From the NCBI GenBank assembly GCA_048882385.1, contig JBHLRQ010000039.1, forward strand, positions 2,687 through 22,670: a DNA stretch of 19,984 nucleotides. The letters are read 5' to 3'. Below the pieces are notes generated by a model, which saw only the letters and a program-made list of their open reading frames with translations, searched no databases and was not told the DNA's origin. The position numbers were made by a program, and so were the translations under genes. Origin of the DNA: Candidatus Thorarchaeota archaeon (GTDB lineage Archaea; Asgardarchaeota; Thorarchaeia; Thorarchaeales; Thorarchaeaceae). Below, one piece after another: positions 1 through 7,796 of this stretch (position 1 is its first letter; every line of letters starts with the position of its first letter).

Positions 1-2087
1 ATTCCAGCATCGCTCATTGCGAGAGCCAGAGCATCGTTGACACCATCTCCGGTCATAGCTACAACACGTTTCTGGTCCTGGTATCTCTCAACAATCACCT
101 GTTTGTGATCAGGATTTACCCTCGCGAACACATTGGTTCTAGCAAAATCATCATCACTGATTGATTCAATCTCAGTGCCCTCAACGGCGATTGAGTTCTC
201 TCCGAAGATTCCAAGATCCTGTGCAATTGTCTTGGCTGTAGCAGAAGCATCGCCAGTAATCATTATCACATTGATTCCTGCGCTGTGGCAATCTTTTACA
301 GCCTCTCGAACACCTTCTCGCGGGGGATCAACAATACAAGCGAATCCGAGGTAAATGAGGTTTTGCTCTGTCTTCTCACGAGCATCCTTACCTGTGGGTA
401 CACTATCTAAATGACGATAAGCAAGGGATATCACACGGTATCCCTTAGCGGCAAATTCAGTAGTCATTGTTCTTACTCGATTTACAACATCAGTGGTTAT
501 TTTCGTGGGTGTGTCCTTCCCGTCAACAAATGCGCATTTTGGTAATAGAACCTCGGTTGCACCCTTGCTAAATGCAACGAATTTCTTTCCATCTTTGCAT
601 ATTTTTGACATCCGTTTCAGTTCTGATTCAAACGGGAACTCGTGCACAATCTCATACTTCTTCAGTATTGCATCTTCATCCAAGCCACTCTTTCTGAAAA
701 GAGTCAAGAGTGCGGCATCAGTTGGGTCACCCAATGGTCTCCAGATTGTACCCTGATCAGGAAGTTCTTCCTTGACAATCTCTGAGTCATTGTTTATACC
801 TCCGCACACAACGAGACGGTAGAGACCTTTCCAAGAAAATATGTCCTTTACTTCATCTTCTTCAACCTTGAGAGTAACAACATCGTCTACACCTTTCAAC
901 AAGTAAATGCCACCGACTGGGTCATAGCCATCACCTTTCACAGAATACAGATTATGCGTGTCCCAACAATACTTGACAGTCATTTGATTTCTTGTCATAG
1001 TTCCAGTCTTGTCACTACAGATCACACTGACTCGTCCAAGACTCTCAACTGCAGATAAATCGCGGATGATGACTCCCTTCTTTGCCATCGCGAGAACTCC
1101 AGTGAGGAGGACAATGGTTGTCAATAGAGGGATGTTGATGGGCATTATTGTCATAGCGCGAGTAATTCCTTCTTGAGCACGTGCCATTATGAAATCAATA
1201 CTAAGATCAACCACTCCAGTTCCATTTACAATTGGATAGAGGAACACTTGCCAAATGAGTGACACAGCCATGAGAACGATGGCAGCAATTCCTAGGTATT
1301 TCGCTAGCAGATTGGTTTTCCTTCGAAGAGGTATATCTCCTGTGTTTAACTCTCCCAGAGTTCCTTGAATCTTTCCGATCTCTGTTCGACCTCCGGTGGC
1401 AGTGGCAACAACAGTAGCCATTCCCGTCGACACATAGGAACCGAAGAAAACCATGTTTCGCATGTCAGTTAGAGGTGCATCAGCATGGACAGTAGATGCA
1501 CTATCCTTCATTGCAGGTACACTCTCACCGGTCATTGAGGCTTCATCAGTTGTGAGATTAGAACAAGTAATTATTCTCGCATCTACAGGAATCCGATCAC
1601 CCTGTTCGAGAATTACCACATCCCCAGGAACCATTCCCATTGGCGGGATGCTCTTCTCATTTCCGTCTCTAATAACACGGGCTTCGCCAGCAGATAACTG
1701 TTCTAGAGCTTCCAATTTCTTTTGAGCGCGATATTGTTGAACAATTGCTACTAACGCATTTACTGCTACCACTCCAAGCCACACAAGTGCTTGAGCCATT
1801 TCGTTCTCATCTGATGGAAATAAGTAAGCGATGAAGATCAAGGCAAAAGAGCTGATGATGTATATAGTGATTAACCAGTTTAGAATTGGGGCGATGTAAA
1901 CCTTCCAAAAGGGTCCACGAACTTTGGGGATGGTGTTTTCACCGTGTTTACTGAGTCTCGATTTTACTTCATCACTGGACAGACCTCTCTTTGGGTCAAC
2001 CTGAAGCGCCCCGTAGACTTCATCGAGAGGTATAGAATGATACGGTCGAACGGAATTATCCTGTGTGATGGCGTCTTCTTCCGACAA
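1..2087 (-). CDS. P-type ATPase with a P2-like (Ca2+/cation-ATPase) scaffold and an atypical M4 motif; 3' end truncated by the window edge
   Basis: Not in the ORF track; translated by hand. TTG start at 2087 with GAGGT upstream (2095-2099). Motifs in one frame: N-terminal GLSSDEVKSRLSKHGEN, actuator DEASMTGES, phosphorylation site CSDKTGT (DKTGT 999-1013), EFPFESELKRMS, FSKGATE, VDPPR, MITGD, FARVNPDHK and AMTGDGVND near the window start. M4 reads MPINIP (PINIP 1128-1142). Confidence 0.95.
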   Translation of the reverse strand, partial: MSEEDAITQDNSVRPYHSIPLDEVYGALQVDPKRGLSSDEVKSRLSKHGENTIPKVRGPFWKVYIAPILNWLITIYIISSFALIFIAYLFPSDENEMAQALVWLGVVAVNALVAIVQQYRAQKKLEALEQLSAGEARVIRDGNEKSIPPMGMVPGDVVILEQGDRIPVDARIITCSNLTTDEASMTGESVPAMKDSASTVHADAPLTDMRNMVFFGSYVSTGMATVVATATGGRTEIGKIQGTLGELNTGDIPLRRKTNLLAKYLGIAAIVLMAVSLIWQVFLYPIVNGTGVVDLSIDFIMARAQEGITRAMTIMPINIPLLTTIVLLTGVLAMAKKGVIIRDLSAVESLGRVSVICSDKTGTMTRNQMTVKYCWDTHNLYSVKGDGYDPVGGIYLLKGVDDVVTLKVEEDEVKDIFSWKGLYRLVVCGGINNDSEIVKEELPDQGTIWRPLGDPTDAALLTLFRKSGLDEDAILKKYEIVHEFPFESELKRMSKICKDGKKFVAFSKGATEVLLPKCAFVDGKDTPTKITTDVVNRVRTMTTEFAAKGYRVISLAYRHLDSVPTGKDAREKTEQNLIYLGFACIVDPPREGVREAVKDCHSAGINVIMITGDASATAKTIAQDLGIFGENSIAVEGTEIESISDDDFARTNVFARVNPDHKQVIVERYQDQKRVVAMTGDGVNDALALAMSDAG

Positions 2088-2115
2088 AGCTGCTACCTCT
2101 CTAAGGTTATTATTG

Positions 2116-2132
2116 CTGTAGAAAGACTACAG
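2116..2132. promoter_or_regulatory. Inverted repeat CTGTAG-N5-CTACAG just upstream of the ATPase RBS; possible operator or small hairpin
   Basis: Perfect 6-bp arms with a 5-nt spacer, about 30 bp upstream of the ATPase start in a divergent intergenic region. Function is inferred. Confidence 0.3.
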
Positions 2133-2150
2133 ATAAATCAAACTCGAATG

Positions 2151-2298
2151 GTCCTTCCCTCAAGTCCGATAATAGCTCGTTGAGTTGAGGAACCTTTTGA
2201 AGGTTTCCGGTTTGGTTTTTGCATTGCATTACCGGTGCCGATAGGTTCATCTGGACTTATGAGGCGTGGGACGTGCCGCACTCTGAAGAAACTCAACG
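2151..2298. other. Candidate structured RNA or leader in the divergent ATPase/protease intergenic region
   Basis: Nested complementary blocks: GTCC 2151-54/GGAC 2269-72, CCTCA 2158-62/TGAGG 2260-64, AGTCC 2163-67/GGACT 2253-57 and GAT 2168-70/ATC 2249-51. Internal hairpin AACCTT-TTG-AAGGTT at 2191-2205. A perfect 9-bp pair CGTTGAGTT 2178-86/AACTCAACG 2290-98. Confidence 0.3.
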
Positions 2299-2307
2299 GT
2301 GCAGATT

Positions 2308-4269
2308 ATGGATTATTATTGGCAAACCACCTCCTCTAAAGAGTCAAAAACTGATGGGACCAAGATTATTGCAGCGATCATCATTTTGATGATTGTAATA
2401 TCCACAGGTCTTGTCTTTGTTTTTCAAGTTGGACCATTTGGAAGAAGTGGAAATAATAGCCCAGTCAGAGTCGCGGTATTGGATTCTGGGATCAACCAAG
2501 ACTTCACATTACAAGGAAGAGTTGTAGCTGAGAAGAGTTTCATAGAAACTCAATACGGCTACGATGTAGCGGATTTGGCAGTTACTGATTCAGAACCAGA
2601 GAATGTTCCTCATGGCACATTGGTTGCCAAGCTAGTAGCTGAAACCTATAATGCACTGATTGTCAATGGAAAGGTCTTGAGTTCAGATGGAACTGCGACT
2701 TCAATAGCTCTAGTAGAAGCCATTTACTGGGCTGTAGAACAGAACTGTAGTGTCATCTCAATGAGCCTTGGTGCGGACCCAGTCTTTGGAGATCCCCTTG
2801 AAGCTGCTGTCGATTGGGCGTTCTCACAAGGCGTTGTTGTTGTTTCATCAGCAGGAAACGAAGGTGAAGGAGGACTGATTGGGACAAGCATCTCTTCACC
2901 AAGTTTGTATGATCGCTGTATTTCTGTAGCAGCTGTATACGAAAATGGCGAACCCACAGAGTTTTCATCAACTGGTCCAACATATGAGAGATTCATGAAG
3001 CCAGACATCACTGCAAATGGATGGGCAACTGATTCAGGAGGGCGTTACTATGGAACCAGTTTCGCATCACCAAGAGTTGCAGGAGCAGCTGCAGATCTCA
3101 TAGGATACTGCGAAGCCAACAATATCACTTACACTGCTGGAACAATCATAACTGCTCTCCTTAAGGGAGCTACTCCAATGGATGAGTATCCAAGCTATGT
3201 TGTCGGTACAGGGTTGCTTAATGTTCAAAACTCACTGAATCTTATAATCGAAAATTCGGAAGAGGGCGAGCTTCCAGCAGTCAGCTTGGCGTTTCCAAGC
3301 ACTCTACCGCTGGATTATGAGAGAATATTCTTGGGCGATACCTATGTATTCTACATTCGTCTGTTCACATCAGGATACACGACATTTGATGTCAGCGTTG
3401 ATAGTGCTACACCAGAGATTTTTGATATTCCTTCAACCCTGGAGGTGAATCAGACTCTTCTATTTCCTCTAACTATAGACATACCTAGTACTGGGTTATC
3501 TGTTGTTAGTGCTACAATAGAATTTTCTTCATCTGATTTTGGCGACACTGAACTTCAGATGTCTTTTGATGTTGCAGATCCAATCGCGAGAGTAGCATTT
3601 GATATTAGTCATTCAACATGGTCAATTGATTCATACTATGGCCAGTTTCGTGAGTTCTACAAAGATTTGGCTGCTAATGATATCTCTGTAACTGAAATAC
3701 GAAACAGTTCTGCAACAACACCATCGTTCCTGCAGGAATTCGACTCTGTTGTTATTCTAGATCCATGTGTCTATGATTTGAATGAAACCAATCCATATGA
3801 TCCAACCTACTACTCGTTGCCCTTCTCAAACAATGAAAAACAAGCATATCAGGACTACTTTGATTCAGGCGGGGGCATTTTCCTTGTGGGTCTTTCTTCT
3901 GAAACAACAAATGTCACTCAAGTAAACGATTTTCTCAGTTGGTCTGGATTCTCACTCACAAATTTGGAAGTGCCCTCTGGCTCTAGTCCGGAGCTCGTTG
4001 ACAATCTCGACTCACATATCATCACGTCAGGAGTGTCAGGATTTCATTACTTAGGAGCAACAATCCAAATACCTACAGACGGTCATCGTCTAGCAAGATA
4101 TGGAGGAATGCCAATTTTGGGTTACAAGGAAGGTGGAGGTGGAGGAAAGATTGTTGTCACCGGAAGTAACTACTTTGTGGATAACTATGCTTTCTTGGGA
4201 GAGTATGGAGCAGGTGACGATGCTTTAATTGCACTTCGAATTGTGGCATGGACAGCTGGAGTGTTGTAA
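2308..4269 (+). CDS. Membrane-anchored S8 (subtilisin-family) serine protease, SKI-1/S1P-like, with a C-terminal alpha/beta (DUF4350/GATase-like) domain
   Basis: Catalytic motifs VRVAVLDSG (Asp), HGTLVA (His), SAGNEG (oxyanion Asn) and GTSFASPRVAGA (Ser codon 3058-3060). N-terminal hydrophobic helix IIAAIIILMIVISTGLVFVF. The track starts at GTG 2299; ATG 2308, preceded by GGTG, is the likelier start. Confidence 0.92.
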   Translation: MDYYWQTTSSKESKTDGTKIIAAIIILMIVISTGLVFVFQVGPFGRSGNNSPVRVAVLDSGINQDFTLQGRVVAEKSFIETQYGYDVADLAVTDSEPENVPHGTLVAKLVAETYNALIVNGKVLSSDGTATSIALVEAIYWAVEQNCSVISMSLGADPVFGDPLEAAVDWAFSQGVVVVSSAGNEGEGGLIGTSISSPSLYDRCISVAAVYENGEPTEFSSTGPTYERFMKPDITANGWATDSGGRYYGTSFASPRVAGAAADLIGYCEANNITYTAGTIITALLKGATPMDEYPSYVVGTGLLNVQNSLNLIIENSEEGELPAVSLAFPSTLPLDYERIFLGDTYVFYIRLFTSGYTTFDVSVDSATPEIFDIPSTLEVNQTLLFPLTIDIPSTGLSVVSATIEFSSSDFGDTELQMSFDVADPIARVAFDISHSTWSIDSYYGQFREFYKDLAANDISVTEIRNSSATTPSFLQEFDSVVILDPCVYDLNETNPYDPTYYSLPFSNNEKQAYQDYFDSGGGIFLVGLSSETTNVTQVNDFLSWSGFSLTNLEVPSGSSPELVDNLDSHIITSGVSGFHYLGATIQIPTDGHRLARYGGMPILGYKEGGGGGKIVVTGSNYFVDNYAFLGEYGAGDDALIALRIVAWTAGVL

Positions 4270-4278
4270 TACTAGCTA

Positions 4279-4296
4279 AGTGTATCTCGATACACT
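4279..4296. promoter_or_regulatory. Palindrome AGTGTATC-TC-GATACACT; possible transcription-factor operator
   Basis: Perfect 8-bp arms with a 2-nt spacer, about 22 bp upstream of a TATA-like element. Confidence 0.4.
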
Positions 4297-4318
4297 ATGA
4301 TTGCCGGAATATTGTTTC

Positions 4319-4328
4319 TTTAAATATA
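4319..4328 (+). promoter_or_regulatory. Archaeal TATA-like box (TTTAAATATA)
   Basis: Matches the TTTAWATA consensus and lies in the intergenic region upstream of a hairpin cluster and the MFS gene. Confidence 0.45.
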
Positions 4329-4342
4329 AGAAGTAGTTAATT

Positions 4343-4431
4343 GGAGATACTAACAACCTTTCCGAGTCGAAGTCGGAACATGCCGGTGACTCAGGTTCGT
4401 CCTTGGTCGCCGGCTCACCGACGCTTTTTTT
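4343..4431 (+). ncRNA. Candidate small RNA or attenuator-type 5' leader with two hairpins and a T7 tract; family unrecognised
   Basis: Hairpin TTCCGA 4360-65/TCGGAA 4373-78. Hairpin GCCGGTGAC 4382-90/GTCGCCGGC 4406-14 (one G-U pair on the + strand) with an inner AGG-TTCGT-CCT. T7 at 4425-4431. The stretch is GC-rich relative to its flanks. The 5' end is estimated from the TATA position. Confidence 0.45.
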
Positions 4432-4501
4432 CTTGTCACTACCAGCAGGCTTAACATAAGCATAGTATGGCACATTTCAAACTTGGAAGTGATATTGAGA
4501 T

Positions 4502-5743
4502 TTGTCAAGAGCCACGAAAGCGTCCTACTCTGTGTTAATTGCAGTAACGCTGGCGCATTTCTTGAACCATGTATACACTGGAGCGCTGTCCCCTTTCCTT
4601 CCACTCATCCAAGCTGAACTATTCCTAAATTATACCCAAGTAGGAATAATAACTAGTGCGGCAGTCGTAGCAATGACAATATCTCACTTTATAGTTGGCT
4701 ATCTTGGTGACAGAGGAGCTCGCTGGCGGGATACGTTCATCGCGAGTAGTATTCTGGCAAGTGCTTTGACAATGATACTCACGAGCTATTCTCCTGGGTT
4801 CGTGGTCCTTGCTGTGTTTCAGCTCTTCCTAGGGATTGGAGCGTCAGGATATCATCCCAGTGTCTTCCCAGCTCTTGCAGAGAAGTTTCCACAGAAGGAC
4901 TTAGCCAAGGCGACAGGAATACAAGCCATGGGTGGACTCATTGGCATGGCAGTAATTCCATTTCTTGGTGTGACTCTCCTAATTTGGCTTGGTGGATGGA
5001 GACCTTCACTGATTGCTCTGGGACTGATGGGTTTCATCATCTTCGTACCTTTCATCCTTCTAATGAGGAAGTCCAACATTGGATATACAGAGGGATTCAT
5101 CAACAAAGAAGACGAGTGTGAAGGTGCAGACGGATGGACTAGGAATTACTACCTTGGTCTATTATTAATGGGTCTTAGAGGAATGTCATTCAGATGTACA
5201 TCACTCCTGATGCCGCTTTACCTCGTTGAAACATATCCGGTTGATCTGGTATGGGCGGGATATCTTACAACAATAATGCTGAGTGCTGGGCTAGTCGGAG
5301 AGATAGCAGCATCAATTCTCTCAGACAGGATGCACAAAAGAGTACTATTCCTTATCCTATCAACTGGATTTGTTACTCCTGCATTACTTCTACTAAATTA
5401 TTCGCTAAGTGAAGGTGTATTGATACTGATGCTGATAGTCATTGGATTCTTCTTCTATCTAGGTGTACCAGCTAACACAGCATTTCTGACAGAAGTGAGT
5501 CCAAAAGAGTCCAGAGGGCTTGCATTTGGACTGTTGTTCTCAGTAGGCGCAATCCCTGGAGCTGTATCACCAATCATTTTCGGAATCATTGGTGACAATT
5601 ATGGACTACCTGCATCAATCCTGTTTCTCGTTATAACAACGATATTAGCAACAATCGTTGCACTATTCTTGAAGGATGTAAAACCAAACAACCGATTTGT
5701 AGAAGCAAAGCAATTTCTGGATGGCCCCCATAGTTTGGAATAG
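4502..5743 (+). CDS. Major facilitator superfamily transporter (Fsr-like)
   Basis: 413 aa with about 12 hydrophobic segments in two halves. Motif-A-like GYLGDRG and SILSDRMHKR. N-terminal LAHFLNHVY and GYHP resemble Fsr-type MFS proteins. TTG start. Confidence 0.9.
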   Translation: MSRATKASYSVLIAVTLAHFLNHVYTGALSPFLPLIQAELFLNYTQVGIITSAAVVAMTISHFIVGYLGDRGARWRDTFIASSILASALTMILTSYSPGFVVLAVFQLFLGIGASGYHPSVFPALAEKFPQKDLAKATGIQAMGGLIGMAVIPFLGVTLLIWLGGWRPSLIALGLMGFIIFVPFILLMRKSNIGYTEGFINKEDECEGADGWTRNYYLGLLLMGLRGMSFRCTSLLMPLYLVETYPVDLVWAGYLTTIMLSAGLVGEIAASILSDRMHKRVLFLILSTGFVTPALLLLNYSLSEGVLILMLIVIGFFFYLGVPANTAFLTEVSPKESRGLAFGLLFSVGAIPGAVSPIIFGIIGDNYGLPASILFLVITTILATIVALFLKDVKPNNRFVEAKQFLDGPHSLE

Positions 5744-5798
5744 CACAGTATTTCACCTGTAGACAATCTGATATAGGGATTCAATCGGAGAGACTTCA

Positions 5799-6662
5799 AT
5801 GTTCGACTATCATATACATCCAAATTACTCAATTGATGCAGAAGGTGAAATTGATGAATTTTGTAGATCAGCCATTGAGGTCGGACTGAAAGAGATAGCT
5901 TTCACCACTCATTTTGATACTGATCGTGTAGCAGACGACTGTTATGTCAATGTCAAAGGAAAGAGAGTGGACATTGCATCGAGTGTTTGGTTTGAAGAGT
6001 ATGAGTCTGAGATTAGAAATGCTGGTGAGAAGTTTTCTGACTCTGGCTTGGAGGTTTTACTAGGAGTTGAGATAGACTGTTTCCCGGGGGTTGAGTCAAA
6101 TCTCCCGGAGAAGTTCTACTCTACTGATTTCGATTTAGTCCTTGGTTCAGTTCATCTCATAGATCACATAGCCATTTCGTCAGGAGGAAGAGCAGAGGAG
6201 GCAATGAGGAAATACTCATTGGAGGAGATAGGAGAGAAGTATTTCACAGTAATGCTGGATTCGATTGATTTGGGTATTTTTGATGTTCTTGCTCACATCG
6301 ACCTCTACCGTAGATTTGGTGAAGCGTATTATGGCAAGGCAATCAACAATTTATGGAAGCCATACTTGAAAGAATTAGCTGGCAAAATGAACAGAAAGGG
6401 AGTGGGTTTTGAGATTAACACGTCTTCATTGCGGAGAGGTATGACGCAACCAATGCCAAACGAACAAATTGTCAAAGCACTGAAACGAGAAGGCGTTGAA
6501 ACTGTGACCATTGGTTCAGATGCTCACGCACCCAGCGAAGTAGGGCAGGGAATAGAGAGAGCTCTGAAGATTGTCAAAGATGCAGGTTTCAAAGGACCTT
6601 CAACATATAGAAAGAGAGTCCCATCAATATGGAGCCTTTCGAATCTGCAGAAACAGAATTAA
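5799..6662 (+). CDS. PHP-domain phosphoesterase, histidinol-phosphatase (HisJ/HisK) family
   Basis: Metal-binding PHP motifs DYHIHPNYS, FTTH, GVEID, GSVH, LAHIDL, EINTSSLR and TIGSDAH. The actual substrate is uncertain because no other his genes are adjacent. Confidence 0.85.
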   Translation: MFDYHIHPNYSIDAEGEIDEFCRSAIEVGLKEIAFTTHFDTDRVADDCYVNVKGKRVDIASSVWFEEYESEIRNAGEKFSDSGLEVLLGVEIDCFPGVESNLPEKFYSTDFDLVLGSVHLIDHIAISSGGRAEEAMRKYSLEEIGEKYFTVMLDSIDLGIFDVLAHIDLYRRFGEAYYGKAINNLWKPYLKELAGKMNRKGVGFEINTSSLRRGMTQPMPNEQIVKALKREGVETVTIGSDAHAPSEVGQGIERALKIVKDAGFKGPSTYRKRVPSIWSLSNLQKQN

Positions 6663-6694
6663 GCTAGTACTCGTACCGATTTTATGGTGTTCAC

Positions 6695-7117
6695 ATGAGG
6701 AACGGAGTACCAATTATACTTGCTCTCATTGGAGGGTTCCTACTCTTCCAAGTCGGATGGGTTGGTAGTATTGGATTCATTGATGATATTGCATCCTACG
6801 CACTAGTATACTTCCCAACTATGGCGGACATAGTAACACTGATTCTCACAATACTACTATACATTGCATCAATGGGTGGTATTGCTGTTATTATTGGAGG
6901 AATTGTGATTGCAATAGACAGGATAAGCTTCGGTAAATTCATCATTGGACTAGGAGCAGGAATCGGACTTATCGGTCTGATTATCATGCTTGCTGAGGCT
7001 GTGATGGCAGGTGGAATTGATGCACTACTTGATGTGTTAACAATAATCTCACAGTCACTAGCATGGATTGGTGTAATACTCTCAATCATGGCACGACGAC
7101 TGACAACTGCTGAGTGA
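6695..7117 (+). CDS. Hypothetical integral membrane protein (about 4 TM helices, Gly-rich)
   Basis: 140 aa, almost entirely hydrophobic. Its stop overlaps the next gene's GTG start (GTGA at 7114-7117). Confidence 0.75.
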   Translation: MRNGVPIILALIGGFLLFQVGWVGSIGFIDDIASYALVYFPTMADIVTLILTILLYIASMGGIAVIIGGIVIAIDRISFGKFIIGLGAGIGLIGLIIMLAEAVMAGGIDALLDVLTIISQSLAWIGVILSIMARRLTTAE

Positions 7118-7749
7118 AAGTCACATTGACTGATAATAACAATGAACGGTTACAAGAAGCTATTCAGCTCTTAGAATCAGGGACAATATCAGAAGCCATT
7201 CAGCTATTGAGAGAGCTAGTCAAAGAAAAACCTGACAAGATTGAAGCATGGTATAATCTCGGATATGCTCTATCAGAGAAAGAAGAATACGAAGAAGCTA
7301 TCAAAGCATATGATGAGGCACTTGCAATTGATAACTTCATCTTTGAGATTTGGTTTAACAAAGGCAATACTCTCTATGCTATGAGGGATTTTGAAAGCGC
7401 CCGAGAATGCTATGAGGAAGCTTTGGAAATCAATCCTGATGATGCGGAAGCCTGGAACAACATCGGCAACTGCCACTCACGACTTTCTGATGGGAGAGCT
7501 GCCATAGAAGCATATACTCGAGCAGTCGCATTGAAGCCTGACTATGCTGAGGCGTTCTATAACAAAGCCAATGCCCATTTCATTGAGGAAGAGGACGAGA
7601 AAGCTATAGCTTATGGAGAACATGCGATACGACTTGATCCGTCTCTTGCAGAAATGGTGGGAAAGTGGATTAATGTAGCCAAGAACAGAATTGCTTCCAA
7701 AAAGGAAGATGAGGAGTACAAAAAACGCCAACAAGGTCAGAGTGAATAA
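7114..7749 (+). CDS. Tetratricopeptide-repeat protein (about 5 TPRs)
   Basis: 34-aa periodic units AWYNLGYAL..A..YDEAL, IWFNKGNTL..A..YEEAL..NP, AWNNIGNC..A..YTRAV..KP and AFYNKANA. Confidence 0.92.
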   Translation: MKVTLTDNNNERLQEAIQLLESGTISEAIQLLRELVKEKPDKIEAWYNLGYALSEKEEYEEAIKAYDEALAIDNFIFEIWFNKGNTLYAMRDFESARECYEEALEINPDDAEAWNNIGNCHSRLSDGRAAIEAYTRAVALKPDYAEAFYNKANAHFIEEEDEKAIAYGEHAIRLDPSLAEMVGKWINVAKNRIASKKEDEEYKKRQQGQSE

Positions 7750-7796
7750 TTGATTGATTCATCAGACCTAAAAGGAATTCGAACACCATATCGCCT

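Noticed and set aside
133-2183. Four short + strand ORFs (133-354, 493-756, 1453-1725, 1944-2183)
   Set aside because: They lie antisense to the P-type ATPase, which has a full set of motifs on the minus strand, and have no recognisable features of their own.
2140-2290. Possible SRP RNA, RNase P RNA, cobalamin, c-di-GMP-I or yybP-ykoY riboswitch
   Set aside because: Only fragments match (GGGAAGG and CGGCACG on the minus strand, GTGGGACG and GAGGAA on the plus strand). The required conserved elements are missing or out of order.
4343-4431. Possible tRNA, SECIS, C/D-box RNA, fluoride riboswitch or tracrRNA identity for the hairpin cluster
   Set aside because: There is no cloverleaf despite GGTTCG, no tandem GA quartet, no RUGAUGA/CUGA pair on one strand, no fluoride-riboswitch consensus beyond GGAGAT, and no CRISPR/Cas context.
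4276-4604. Minus-strand ORFs of 65 and 84 aa across the protease-MFS gap
   Set aside because: They have weak starts and no motifs, one overlaps the MFS gene, and the region is better explained by promoter, hairpins and T-tract.
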